NCBI GenBank assembly: GCA_008690995.1
Contig: VRMN01000001.1
Location: 496,001-560,000, forward strand
From: Porphyridium purpureum
Taxonomy: Eukaryota
Length of the DNA: 64,000 nt
Direction of reading: 5' to 3'
Shown: positions 34,047 to 46,085 of the stretch, piece by piece
Layout: the number at the start of each line of letters is the position of its first letter
How positions within the stretch are numbered: position 1 is the stretch's first letter
Made by a program: the position numbers and the translations under genes
The notes under the pieces: model-generated
The model's input: only the letters and a program-made list of their open reading frames with translations
Database searches by the model: none
What the model was told of the DNA's origin: nothing

Positions 34047-35744
34047 CTATTTTCGCTTTCCATACTGGCCTCGCTTGGGTGCTGTGATTTCTTCATCACT
34101 CGAGTCGCTCGAAACCACTACCTTGGCTTTGGATGAGCGCTTTGGAGCCGACGCATTTCTGCTTTCGCTTCGCGTGTCCAGGAAGAACGAGAGGAACGAC
34201 TCACTCTTCGCACTACTGCCGGACGTTTTGCTCGCCTTGAGCTTCCGGTCAGCCTTGGTGCTATAACGATTGCTTGCGTCGGCCTTATCCGCGCCACCCG
34301 TCGTGGACTCACGGAGCATAGATGATACCTTGCGAGGCAGCGTAATGGCGACCAGCGTGTGCAGCGACGCCAAGGAAGGAAGCGAAAAGCTAAGACGCTG
34401 CCATCGATCTGCAGCCATCAGCAGAAACATCGTGGCGTACACGTACAAGCTGGATGTTCTCACATCCACCGCCTGTCGGGTCAGCGCCTTTTGGAGTATA
34501 AAGATCGTAAAGTGAGTGCCCACGGCCAACGTTGCGACAAGCTGTGACACGTTGTCCCGCGTGCGCGACACAATGCTCTGCAAAGTGAGCATCCAAAGAT
34601 GACAGAAAAAGTAGGTGATGAGCCCGAAAAGCATGAAAAGGACTCGCCCTCTGTGCTGCCCGGTCAGCAAAGATGACACATGAATCCAACCCAGCGATTG
34701 AAAAGCCGCAAAGACGGTCGCCAGCAAGAAGAAATACACGTCACCGAATAAAATATAGTGCGACACAGAAAGCTTTCTCGACGATCTCAAGATACTGAGA
34801 CCCAGTCGCGTGGCCGTGATCACCGGGATCAGGACCAAAAGGTAAAAGAGGATTCCACCCGCAAAAGGAAGGCCGCGCACGTTGATGCGCGTCACACGGC
34901 TCAGCTCGGCAGATACTTGATCCACGAGCTGATCGTTTGCGGATACCGCGAAAGAGAGCGTATCAAAGAAGGGCACAATGGCCTCGGCAGAGCTGAGCAA
35001 AGCGCTACGAATGGAAGGTGGGAGACCTTCAGAATGCGCGGTCACATACTTATCGACGCTCGCGGTCTTGAGAACCTTTTCCAGCTTTGCGTGCTGTGTC
35101 AGTAGCTTTTGCTCCTCAAGGATCATATCTCGACGCTTGACCTGCAGCTCATACTTGCGACTCACAAGCGCAATATACTTGTTGCGAATCTCCGCAGCAT
35201 TTCCCCCGCGCACGCCATCGAGCTTTTCATTCTCCTGCTTGATTTTCTGCAGCTGCTGCGCCAATGTATCCTGTTCCTTTTGAAATGCCTCTCTCCTTTG
35301 CATCACACGCGCCTCCAGCGCCTCACGTTCCTGGCGTAGCTCTTCTGTTTCCTTGGTAATCAAGCGGAGCTCCTCCTGCAGATTCCGCACTTTGCTCAAC
35401 AACTCTGTGCCCGCGCCTCCCTCATCAAAACTCAGCAATCGCCGGGTATCTGGAGAATCCCAGGAGTTTGCAGACAGCTCTCCAGCCGCACGGGTCTGCG
35501 CGCTGCCCCCGGTCTCAGACACCATTTCGACAGAAGTCCCCACCGCAAACAGCATGGCCGCCACGACCACCACCGCGAGCACGGCGGCCGTCCGATCTCT
35601 CCGCGAGCTGCGCGCACAGTTCCTCCGCTTCCGGCACATCGCATTATTCCACGGCGCCCTCTGCGTTCCAGCGCACGCACCCATCACCGAGCCACGCGCA
35701 GCAGCCGCCCCCACGCCGTCGTCATCGCACACGTCGATCGCCAT
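34047..35744 (-). CDS. Hypothetical membrane protein (TM, coiled coil, multi-TM, basic tail)
   Basis: Hydrophobic segment, heptad-rich coil (LQEELRLITKETEELRQE), about 5 TM segments, Ser/Lys tail; start uncertain (35744 or 35840). Confidence 0.72.
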   Translation of the reverse strand: MAIDVCDDDGVGAAAARGSVMGACAGTQRAPWNNAMCRKRRNCARSSRRDRTAAVLAVVVVAAMLFAVGTSVEMVSETGGSAQTRAAGELSANSWDSPDTRRLLSFDEGGAGTELLSKVRNLQEELRLITKETEELRQEREALEARVMQRREAFQKEQDTLAQQLQKIKQENEKLDGVRGGNAAEIRNKYIALVSRKYELQVKRRDMILEEQKLLTQHAKLEKVLKTASVDKYVTAHSEGLPPSIRSALLSSAEAIVPFFDTLSFAVSANDQLVDQVSAELSRVTRINVRGLPFAGGILFYLLVLIPVITATRLGLSILRSSRKLSVSHYILFGDVYFFLLATVFAAFQSLGWIHVSSLLTGQHRGRVLFMLFGLITYFFCHLWMLTLQSIVSRTRDNVSQLVATLAVGTHFTIFILQKALTRQAVDVRTSSLYVYATMFLLMAADRWQRLSFSLPSLASLHTLVAITLPRKVSSMLRESTTGGADKADASNRYSTKADRKLKASKTSGSSAKSESFLSFFLDTRSESRNASAPKRSSKAKVVVSSDSSDEEITAPKRGQYGKRK

Positions 35745-36301
35745 GCTGCGGTAGTCGCGAGCTCCACCTGCGCGAGCGTCTTCTGCGTGGTCCACCCACA
35801 AGCATGCATCCGTGCCTCTCTCCCCTCCCTCCTTCCGCACACCCTATCTACAAATCCCACAAACACCCACACACCCCCACAGTCACAGACACAGACACTG
35901 ACACACTCAGCCACAGCTCCACGTGATCTATCCTCACGAATGCTGCAGCACATACACCATCCTCCTTCCCTACTCCTTCCTTTCCCCCGTCTCTTCTCCT
36001 CCGCCTCGTCTTCTCTCCCCTTCAATGCTTCCTTGTCTTCGTCCCACCCACACACGCCCGCTCGTTCGTCCGCTGAACCCCCGGTCTCCCGAATAAATCA
36101 ATGACCGCACACGCTGCTTAGTGTTTGTCCCGTGCTCGCTCATCCCTCTATTAAAACATGCCCGGGAAATGACTCTTGCGCAAACATGTTGCGCGATCGG
36201 TTTTTGGGTGGGTTGCGTAAGACACTTGTGCAGACTATGAAAAGGGCGTTGTTTTAATAGGCATGGCGATGACCCTTCAAAGGTCGCGCGTCACAAACGT
36301 G

Positions 36302-37105
36302 TTACGGGTGGACGGCGTCAAAGTATTGGCGCTTCACGCGAAGGCTGTCCACAATCGCGCGCATCGTGCGCTCGTTCTGCGCAAACGCGTCGGCCACGCA
36401 TTGCGCCGTCAGCACATACAGTTGCTTGCCCGTGATGGTCGCCACTGCCAGGAAGCGCTTGTGGCCGCGGCTCGACGCGACCTCGTACTCGATGTAGTAG
36501 TAGTCCAGGTCGCCGGCGTTCTTCTGAGACGACGAAAGAAGCGTCGCAGAGCTCACGCCGTCCTTTCTCCGCTCCAGCTCAATCACTTTCTCGCCCAGCG
36601 CTTCGGGCGTGCCAAACTCCTTGACCGAGTTGATTTTCACGGGATCCACCACAAGCCCGGCGTACAGTTTCGAGTCCGTCTTTGAGATCACTTGGATCTC
36701 GCTCAAGTGTGTCTTGATCACCTTCTTGGTCGCTGTCCAGCCCACAGGGTACTCAAACACATATCCCAAGGAAATGGGGCCCTTGTACAGCGCCGTTCCA
36801 GATCCGTCCTGATCTGGCTCCTCACCCGCAAGCACGCGCTCGTTTGGCAGCACAGCAGCCTGCAATGCGGGCATGGCCATACCTGCCACCAGTGCCTTCA
36901 ACATCAGTCTCCTCGACACCAACGCCATGCCGCCTACATCGCGATCGCGGCTCGCCTCTTTTGTGGCGCGCGTGGGGTTCGAGTTGCCATCAACCTGCAT
37001 GTTCACGCCCACGCTCGAGCACACATGCCGGACTGAGCAGTGTGAATGATGGCGCAGCCCATACGTGGCCGGCGCGACAAACGCCGATCCTGACTTTGGC
37101 TCCAT
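36302..37105 (-). CDS. PsbP-domain thylakoid lumen protein (PPD-like)
   Basis: Twin-arginine signal (SRRLMLKAL...VLA), GYVFEYPVGW, VVDPVKINSVKEFGTPE, YYYIEY, GKQLYVLTAQ. Confidence 0.88.
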   Translation of the reverse strand: MEPKSGSAFVAPATYGLRHHSHCSVRHVCSSVGVNMQVDGNSNPTRATKEASRDRDVGGMALVSRRLMLKALVAGMAMPALQAAVLPNERVLAGEEPDQDGSGTALYKGPISLGYVFEYPVGWTATKKVIKTHLSEIQVISKTDSKLYAGLVVDPVKINSVKEFGTPEALGEKVIELERRKDGVSSATLLSSSQKNAGDLDYYYIEYEVASSRGHKRFLAVATITGKQLYVLTAQCVADAFAQNERTMRAIVDSLRVKRQYFDAVHP

Positions 37106-37286
37106 GGTGAAAGACAACGACTCACGCCACAGCAACTCCACGGCGGAACTAATAACTTTCACTGCGATCCTATTAAAGTTCATATGAGAACACGCTGCTT
37201 TTACCAAACAGGATCTTGGTGCTCGAGGTGTTGCAAGGTGGGACGCTCGAGGTTGAACCAGAGCTGCGGCGACGACGCGGGGCAGC

Positions 37287-38585
37287 ATGTTTCCGTACAT
37301 GCCCGCGGTGGCGGCATTTGAATTTGCGCTGTCATGTTTCGAGATCTACCTGACAGTAAGGCAGAAGCGGCGGTTTCAGAGCACGCAGCCGCCGCCGGAG
37401 TTGGAACAAGTGGTTTCGGACAAATTCGACAAGAGCCAAAAGTATGGGAACGACAAGTGCACGCTCTCGATCGTGAGCGACACGATTCTGTCCACCGTGC
37501 ACCTGGGCTTCCGGCTCGGCTATGTGTACCCTTTCCTGTGGAAGGCCAGCTACCACATCATGGTCAAGTGCGCTCCGTCGCTCACGTCAAGCAACGAGAT
37601 TGTGCAAACCATGATCTTTGGCGTGGTCACGGCGCTGCTTGGAAAGTTGATTGAGCTGCCTTTCGAGCTGTACGGGACTTTTGTGCTGGAGGAAAAGTAC
37701 GGCTTTAACCGCACCACGCTATTCACCTTTTTCAAGGACATGCTGGTGAGTTCGGCTGTGGGCTTTGGAATTGGCATTCCGCTGCTTCCGGCGCTCTGGT
37801 ACATCATCGAAAAATCGGGGCCTCTGCTGTGGCTCTACTTTTGGCTGTTTGTATCCGGGTTCAGCATTGTGCTGACCGTTATCTACCCTTCTGGCATCGC
37901 GCCGCTTTTCAACACGTTCGCGCCCCTGCCAGACGGCAAGCTCAAGGCAGCCATCGATGACCTTGCGGCCAGCATCAAGTTCCCACTGACGAAAATTTAC
38001 GTGATGGATGGCAGCAGGCGTTCGTCGCATTCCAATGCTTACTTTTACGGAATCTTCACCAAGGGGATTGTCCTTTTCGACAGTTTACTCGAGCAGTGCA
38101 AGGGTCATGATGAAAGGATTCTTGCTGTCTTGTGTCACGAGCTGGGCCACTGGAAAATGGGCCACACGCGCAAGGGGCTTATCTTGGGCCTCACGCAAAT
38201 GCTGTTCTTGTCCTGGTTGTATGGACAGACTGCATCGAACAAGGATATATTTGAGAGCTTTGGCTATTCGGATACGCCGCACCTGATCGGTATGATGCTC
38301 TTCTTTGAGATCATGGCGCCTGTGGACAGCCTGATGAGTCTGCTGATGAATTACATCAACCGAAAGCATGAGTATGAGGCAGACCGCTTTGCTGCAGATA
38401 TGGGGCATGCCGAGGCACTCGGTGATGCGCTCGTTGGTCTGCATCTCGAAAATTTGAGCAACATGAACCCGGACCCCTTGTACTCGGCGTATCACAACAG
38501 CCATCCCACGTTGCTCGAGCGGTTGCGCGCACTGGGCGTCAAACCTAGGCCAATCCCTGTGTCAGATTCCAAGAAAGATCAGTGA
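37287..38585 (+). CDS. STE24: CAAX prenyl protease 1 (peptidase M48)
   Basis: TFVLEEKYGFN, IAPLFN, MDGSRRSSHSNAYFYG, HELGHW (HExxH), HEYEAD, DPLYSAYHNSHPTLLERL. Confidence 0.96.
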   Translation: MFPYMPAVAAFEFALSCFEIYLTVRQKRRFQSTQPPPELEQVVSDKFDKSQKYGNDKCTLSIVSDTILSTVHLGFRLGYVYPFLWKASYHIMVKCAPSLTSSNEIVQTMIFGVVTALLGKLIELPFELYGTFVLEEKYGFNRTTLFTFFKDMLVSSAVGFGIGIPLLPALWYIIEKSGPLLWLYFWLFVSGFSIVLTVIYPSGIAPLFNTFAPLPDGKLKAAIDDLAASIKFPLTKIYVMDGSRRSSHSNAYFYGIFTKGIVLFDSLLEQCKGHDERILAVLCHELGHWKMGHTRKGLILGLTQMLFLSWLYGQTASNKDIFESFGYSDTPHLIGMMLFFEIMAPVDSLMSLLMNYINRKHEYEADRFAADMGHAEALGDALVGLHLENLSNMNPDPLYSAYHNSHPTLLERLRALGVKPRPIPVSDSKKDQ

Positions 38586-38642
38586 CATCGGTAGAAAAAG
38601 GAAAAGAACGAGAGAAACTCACGACGGAAGTCTGAGCTCTTG

Positions 38643-39428
38643 CTACGCGTCGTTGCCACTAGCCGTCTGCGCGGTTTTTTCAATCAGCACAACCGAAGGC
38701 GCTTGATCGCGGTTCAGCCATTTCATGTGAACAGTCGAAGCCGTGGTCAGGTTCGTCGCCCAGTCCAGGACTGCCTTTTGCTCTTCGAGCCCGTGCTCGT
38801 GTCCTATGTAGCACGTTACTACAATCAGCCCTCCCACCCGGAGCTTCTGCAGGCTCATGTGTAGGCTTTGAACCGTCGTATCAGCACGCGTGGTGACTCT
38901 GCGCTGCTCACCTAGCGGATCGGTTCCTGGCAGAAACCCCAAATTATACACGACGAGTGCCAAGTCGCCATCCCGAATGCTTTCTGGAAACGTTTCGTGG
39001 CTGCGCTTTTCCAGAACGATACGCGGTCTGAGCGAATTGGACGAGTCTGTGAGAAGCTCATTTGGCGGAAAGGCTTCATCCAGTCGCTCACGCGTGCGTG
39101 TCAGCGCGCTATCCTGAATATCCAATCCGTACACAGTTCCTTCCGGGCCGACCATGCGCGCCAGGTGCAGCGTGTCATGCCCGTTCCCCACAGTCGCATC
39201 AAGCACCGCATCTCCTGGCCTCACGGCTTCGGCTGCAAAGACATGCCAAAACTTTGCACTCCTAGTCAACACTCGACACCGCGCGCTGCTCTTCTTCGCC
39301 TTTTCTGCGCTTACACTCTGCGTACACATCGCGCAGCGCGACCACATGTCGCGCACGCCGCGAGCACCATGACCCGCAGCACGCACGCCATTGACCAGCG
39401 CACAAAACCCAGCACCGCCTTTACTCAT
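38643..39428 (-). CDS. YtqB/MnmM-like SAM-dependent RNA methyltransferase, organelle-targeted
   Basis: VLDATVGNGHDTLHLA, VYGLDIQ, VYNLGFLPG, CYIGHEHGLEE. Confidence 0.88.
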   Translation of the reverse strand: MSKGGAGFCALVNGVRAAGHGARGVRDMWSRCAMCTQSVSAEKAKKSSARCRVLTRSAKFWHVFAAEAVRPGDAVLDATVGNGHDTLHLARMVGPEGTVYGLDIQDSALTRTRERLDEAFPPNELLTDSSNSLRPRIVLEKRSHETFPESIRDGDLALVVYNLGFLPGTDPLGEQRRVTTRADTTVQSLHMSLQKLRVGGLIVVTCYIGHEHGLEEQKAVLDWATNLTTASTVHMKWLNRDQAPSVVLIEKTAQTASGNDA

Positions 39429-40419
39429 CTGCTGGTGCAGCTTCCGATCCCCCCGCGGCTTCCGAGGCGCTCACCACATTCACCTACTCGGACGCCACGC
39501 CGACTTCGCTTCATACACTGTACTTCCACTCACACCTCGCTGCTATCAACTGTACCCACCCATCCGGTTTCTGAAATCTCGGGGGCGCCGCCAGTATGAA
39601 CCGCCAACCGCAAACCCAGTTGCTCACACCCATGTGCGCCGTCCTTCTTTCGTGCCGCACACTCATCGTGAACCCAGCACCACCACACTACCTGCATGCT
39701 CGGCGGCGTCAAGCTTCGCACGCGGCTTCTCTTCTTCGCAACACCCGCTCATTTCCCCTTCCCACTCTGTTAACGCATTAACCGACGACCACCACAACCC
39801 ACACATCATTCCAAGTTCCCAGGCCGCGGCTATCGGTTTCCAGTTCAAACCCGAGTCGTTAAACCATTACCCCTTTCTCTACCACACAGCTTGGCCCTTC
39901 CGCAGCTGCGATGGCCGCCACGCTCCTTTACCTTTTCAGCCAGTGCAACGAAATTGGCACGATTTTATGGAAGGTGCCAGCGAGTGTGTGCGTGTGTGCA
40001 ACTAATAAACCGCGTCGCATTTATGATTCGTGGCGTGTAACAAGGTGTACGCACTGTACTCTCCATCCAGCAATGAATCACGCATCTGAGCCGCGCCCAC
40101 GATTTCGCAGTGTCGCGATGTCGTGGCGTTTTGGGGCCATTTTCATACGGAAATGGAGAAAAAGAACGAGAAACGCGACGCATGACTGAATCCGTACGTG
40201 TTTTGTGCTTTGGATAAGTCCGGTTACATAGCGGAACGTGTTGGGTTTGGGTACTTAAAGCCTGGAGGGACACGTGGTTGACAGGGAAAGGGAAAGGGGA
40301 AAGGGATGAGGGGAAAGGGGAGGAGAGTGGTTGTGTTGTGTGGTTGTTGGGTTGAAAGTGGGGTTGGTGTGCCAGGGGAAAGGAAGCGTGAAGGAAGAGA
40401 CGTGGGTAGAGGACAATAA

Positions 40420-41571
<1,152 letters not shown>

Positions 41572-41712
41572 AATTGAGTTGCTTTGAGCTTCGTTTTGTG
41601 AGTAGATCTCTTCTGTACTTCTCTGGACTATCTTTTCTGGTAAAGCGCTCGCGTTGAACTGGCATCCAACTCTTTCGGTTTCCTTCCCGAGCGGACCAAG
41701 GTGCGTGCCAGA

Positions 41713-42528
41713 ATGGTGGGACGAAACGGGGATGTTGGCGTCGCGTTTGTCGCCCAAACGCCACATTTCAGAATTTGTACCAAACAATCAGGTTCGACCG
41801 TTCTTGCAGCACACGGACAGATCGGCGGTGAGGCTGTGAGTCCTTTTTTGCTTTCGAGGCGAGCAGTGCTGTCCTTGCCATGGGCTGCGCTGGGCACCAA
41901 GGTGAATTGCCCGCAGCCGGTGGTTGCGTCAAACGTCGCCGACCAGGTCGAGTCGGTATTCCAGCTTTTACAAGCTACGAGTCCGCAGATGCTGCAGGCC
42001 GTGTTCGAATCGAAAAGCCTCGCGTACCGTGGTGAGCTCGAAAGTGTCGATGCACCAAGTTTGGTGATGCGCCCGGGGTTTGATTTACAAGACAAAAGCG
42101 TTTATGGCGAGGAGGGCGCGCGCTACTTTCTGCACATGGAAAACTACTTCAAAACAATTAGCCATGCTCGCATTTCGCCCCGTCCAAGCGCACCCACGCT
42201 TCTTCCTTCAGCGAGTCACATCCTGGTTGCCGATCGTTCTGAAGCTGGTCATTGGGGCACTGCACGCTCCACATGGCCAGTTGGCCACTTTGAGTACATG
42301 TGGTTTCAGGACCGCAAGCTTCTGTACGAGCCGCAGGATCCGGTTCATGATTGTGCGCAAACCATCCGTCGAATTCAGAGCCTACGCCCAGTGTTCTCCG
42401 AGCGACTTGACGAAGCCTTGTCGCTGAAGCGTGAAGTCATGTTCGCGAGCCAATCTTACATTTCAGTGGCGAGCAGCATGGATCAGGATCTACTCAACCG
42501 AATCCTAGCTTCCAGGCCCGCTCGCTAA
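41713..42528 (+). CDS. Hypothetical protein, possibly plastid/lumen-targeted
   Basis: ORF with an AFV-type transit-like start and SRRAVL twin-arginine-like motif; no domain recognised. Confidence 0.6.
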   Translation: MVGRNGDVGVAFVAQTPHFRICTKQSGSTVLAAHGQIGGEAVSPFLLSRRAVLSLPWAALGTKVNCPQPVVASNVADQVESVFQLLQATSPQMLQAVFESKSLAYRGELESVDAPSLVMRPGFDLQDKSVYGEEGARYFLHMENYFKTISHARISPRPSAPTLLPSASHILVADRSEAGHWGTARSTWPVGHFEYMWFQDRKLLYEPQDPVHDCAQTIRRIQSLRPVFSERLDEALSLKREVMFASQSYISVASSMDQDLLNRILASRPAR

Positions 42529-42573
42529 CAGCAAGATCATCTCAAACCAGATTCATGAGAAGGCGCAAGAAGT

Positions 42574-44199
42574 CTAGCTTTCCTGTGATCCGGCAGCCCG
42601 CCGACGCGCGGCAGCTTTTGCGAGACCCTGCGGTACGCCAATGCCGAGGTTCATCAGGTAAGACGCGGCAACGGAGGCAAGCACCGGCGATGTCGCCAGA
42701 GCTGAAAGGTCGAACGATGATACCGACACGAGCGCCAGCGCAATTGGAGCCGGAACAAAGGATGTTGCGATTGCTATGAGTCCACAACTGCTCAAAACGA
42801 GCACATCAGCACTAGTCTCATTCAGAAATACCTGCGCGAGACAAGCGGACGCCAGCAGCGTGGGATAAAAAATTCCGCCCACGAATCCAGACTCTGTGCA
42901 CACCCAGTAGGCGACGATTTTCAGAAAGGCGCTGACCGCAAGGCTCGTCGATCCTATTTGTTTCCCGTCCGCAAACACATGCGGAAGCTGGATGCTGCCA
43001 TCGCCCAAAGTGAGCGGTGCCGCAATCCCGATTCCTCCAAGGATGAACCCCCCGAGGGTACTGAACAACACAATCCGAGCGCTCTGCCTGATGCGGGCAT
43101 CCAGCCATGCCTTCAAATATCTTGAAAGCACCTTCGTCAAGAAGCCGAAGAGCAGAAAAAACACACCCATCAGCCCTCCGAGGATACCAGCAAGAATGCC
43201 GACACCCACATCGCCGGCAGAATACGAGTACGTGATGTTCTCGAGAAGACGATACAAGCCGTAGCTCGGAAGGTTGAGCCACGTGTACGGCAGCACCGCC
43301 TCATAAGTCATCTTCGCTGCGATGCAGCCAGTGAAAAGGAGGGTCATGCCGTGCATGTATGAGACGCCTAGTGTTGGTAGGTCTGCGCCAAGCTCGGTCA
43401 CGAGCACAACGGCGACAATCGGAGTGGGAAAAATACTTGCAAAGGCAGCTGCCATGCCAATCAGCGCAAATAATTTACGCAAGACCTCATTCGTCAACGA
43501 GCCATCCTCACTTGCAGGCATGGTCCGGCGGCTGCCTTGCTGCTCGTCAATATTTTTCGCACGCAAGGCATCGTCTCGCCGCAGAGCGACCGCACGTTCA
43601 AAGCACCATATCATCCCGCGGCAGAGAGCGAGTGATATCGAAGCTCCGAGTGCACCAAGCCCGGCCTCGGGACCCACAGCTGCTCCACAAAACAGCGACA
43701 GCATGCAGCAGAACGCGATGCGCGCATTGCCGACCATGTCCGGCTTCAGCTCTTGGAGCTCGACCATGAAGCTTTTGTAGGTATCAAACTTGAACACGAA
43801 AGCTTTCACAAGACCTACCACAAGCCCACCGCCTCCACATACGCAAAGCCACCATGCCTTTCCGGTACCGAGACGCAGTGTTGCGGCATTAGGAAAGCCC
43901 TCATTAGAATCCGCCTGGAGCCACAAGATCGAGACCTTGTAGATGAGGTTGAGGTAGCCGAGCCCGACGAGACCCAAGCATGCACCCACCACCACAGCGG
44001 TAACTAGCTGCTGCCAATATCCGAAGGGAGGTCGAGGCGATGCAAAAGCCGAGGGAATTAACCCTCCGGCGCCATGTTCAGCGTCCTCGTTGCCCTTTCC
44101 GTGTCGCGGTTCTTCGTTCGCATCTGACGCGGACTCTATGCGAGGTGTCTGTGCGGGTCGTGTTTCCGCGCTCGTGGAATCCAGCTCCTGCGAGCTCAT
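42574..44199 (-). CDS. CLC-family anion channel/transporter, prokaryote-like, no CBS domains
   Basis: Multi-TM protein with GAAVGPEAG, FPTPIVAVVLVTE, TLGDG and GFVGGIFYP; ends soon after the membrane domain. Confidence 0.85.
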   Translation of the reverse strand: MSSQELDSTSAETRPAQTPRIESASDANEEPRHGKGNEDAEHGAGGLIPSAFASPRPPFGYWQQLVTAVVVGACLGLVGLGYLNLIYKVSILWLQADSNEGFPNAATLRLGTGKAWWLCVCGGGGLVVGLVKAFVFKFDTYKSFMVELQELKPDMVGNARIAFCCMLSLFCGAAVGPEAGLGALGASISLALCRGMIWCFERAVALRRDDALRAKNIDEQQGSRRTMPASEDGSLTNEVLRKLFALIGMAAAFASIFPTPIVAVVLVTELGADLPTLGVSYMHGMTLLFTGCIAAKMTYEAVLPYTWLNLPSYGLYRLLENITYSYSAGDVGVGILAGILGGLMGVFFLLFGFLTKVLSRYLKAWLDARIRQSARIVLFSTLGGFILGGIGIAAPLTLGDGSIQLPHVFADGKQIGSTSLAVSAFLKIVAYWVCTESGFVGGIFYPTLLASACLAQVFLNETSADVLVLSSCGLIAIATSFVPAPIALALVSVSSFDLSALATSPVLASVAASYLMNLGIGVPQGLAKAAARRRAAGSQES

Positions 44200-44345
44200 T
44201 GCCTAGGACAGCCGGGTACCATGGCGCTCTGCAAGTTTCTTGCTGACGAATGTCGAGATGGTCTTTATGCCTGAATATAGAATATTAAAGTAAAGGAAAC
44301 AAGAGAGACGAATACCGTATTACGCGTAGGGGTAAAAGCTAGTCA

Positions 44346-45611
44346 TTAGGCTTTGAGCTGCGACGTCGTGTCATCCTCAGCATCCCACTTATCATTCTTG
44401 TAGTCCTCTTCGAGCTGCTTGGCAAATTCTGGGTAGCGCTCAAGATACATATCAATCGTCATGACCTCGTAGTTCGAAACCAACCAGCCCAGTTCTTCCT
44501 GCACCTTCCTCATTCGATCTTCGATTTCGAGGCATTCCTCATACAAGCGCCTCATCTCCGCCTTTGCCGGCTTTATCACACTGGTCAGCTTATGGACCAG
44601 CTTCTTCTGCAGATCCTCCTGCTTCGGCTTCTGCCACGTTTCCATAGCCTCGGCCCAGGCCTTCTTGAAAAACGCAACCTGGCCCTTACCAATATCCTTC
44701 TCGAACGAACTCCAGTCGATTTTTGTGATCTCTTCCCTCGATTCACCGTTGATCTTCGTTCGCACATACAGTTCGCGCGCACTCTTGACGTCTTCAGCAA
44801 GATTTGGATTCGGCTTTGCCAGCACTTCGAGTCGCTCCTTCATTGACGCCACGAACTTTTCACTCAGACCCATGGCTTGCATTTGCGACAATACCGCGCT
44901 CACGGGATATGATCCTGTGAGCAAATCAATTCGCAAGTCGAACCCACGGAGAACCTTTTCTCGGTCCACGACGCCCTTCTTTCTCTTCTGCACCGGAACC
45001 ATGAGCTTCTCGCCGTACTTCTTCTCATAATCTGCCGCCATCTGCTTCACCAATGCGTTATCCTTCTCGTTCACGGGGCGCATGTCAATTGTACCGCCAT
45101 TGTCTGCTTTCATTTGATTAAATCGCGCTTGCACTTCTTCGAGCCTCTTCTTTCCTTCCTTGAGGCCCCTGGCGGCGGCGGGATCGAATTGGCTCCAGTC
45201 AATCTCCTGCTGGCCGTTGTCCTCACCATCGTCAGCGTTGTTCATCACTTCCTTCAACTGAGGGCGAGCCTCCCAGTACTTGACGACCTGCTGCTGCAGC
45301 TGCTCAACGGTGGGGTTGGCGATATGCAGCGGATCCATTCCGTCGAAAAACTCGTTCTGATGAATCATCAGCGGCAACTTTTCGTACCCCGCGGGCGGCT
45401 TGAAACCCTCGGGAATCTGAATCAGAATCGGCTTGGGCGCCACCATCTCCTCAATATCCGGCGGCCTCTCCATCCCGGCGAGCACTCCGGGCGAACGCGC
45501 GGGCGCGGGCGCGCACAACGCGCGGCGCACGCCCATCGCGCCCATCCACCCTGTCGCGTTCCGCGGCACGCTCAGCGCGCGCATGCGCACCAGTCTCGCA
45601 ACACCCAACAT
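44346..45611 (-). CDS. Mitochondrial ATP synthase subunit d-like protein with long N-terminal extension
   Basis: C-terminal KIDWSSFEKDIGKGQVAFFKKAW...MTIDMYLERYPEFAKQLEEDYKNDKW resembles plant subunit d (IDWDYYRKGIG...MTADEYFEKHPELKKKFDDEIRNDNW); Arg-rich presequence MLGVARLVRMRALS. Confidence 0.7.
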   Translation of the reverse strand: MLGVARLVRMRALSVPRNATGWMGAMGVRRALCAPAPARSPGVLAGMERPPDIEEMVAPKPILIQIPEGFKPPAGYEKLPLMIHQNEFFDGMDPLHIANPTVEQLQQQVVKYWEARPQLKEVMNNADDGEDNGQQEIDWSQFDPAAARGLKEGKKRLEEVQARFNQMKADNGGTIDMRPVNEKDNALVKQMAADYEKKYGEKLMVPVQKRKKGVVDREKVLRGFDLRIDLLTGSYPVSAVLSQMQAMGLSEKFVASMKERLEVLAKPNPNLAEDVKSARELYVRTKINGESREEITKIDWSSFEKDIGKGQVAFFKKAWAEAMETWQKPKQEDLQKKLVHKLTSVIKPAKAEMRRLYEECLEIEDRMRKVQEELGWLVSNYEVMTIDMYLERYPEFAKQLEEDYKNDKWDAEDDTTSQLKA

Positions 45612-46085
45612 CTTCCCCAAACCTTCCCCCACCACCTTTACACACTCCCTCCGTCCCTCACCTTTCCTCAATCCCCCGCCCTTCCCCCTCCTTCCCTCCT
45701 GTTCTCCACTCGTCCACCCCACCTACTCCCCCACACCTGCCGCCTTATAACTTGTCCTCTTCCTATAAAATCTCATCGATTCACTATCAAACATTCCGTC
45801 CTTATAAACACACACCTACCACGACTAAACAAGACGGTTCAATACAGCGACATAATAAAGCAGGCTGTTTGCCTACAACGAATAAATTCCGATACACTGT
45901 ACACTAGGCAGGGGTTCAGTGCGGACACTGTACTTTGGATGTGCTTTAAGAAATTTAACCACAGCGGCGCAAAGTGAGCTGATAAGCGGATAAACCGAAT
46001 GAATGGATGTGCGAATTGTGGAGGAGGAAGTGGTAAAGATGGTGTGGAGGAGCAGAAGGGGGAGAGGGAGACGCGGGTAGCAGAC

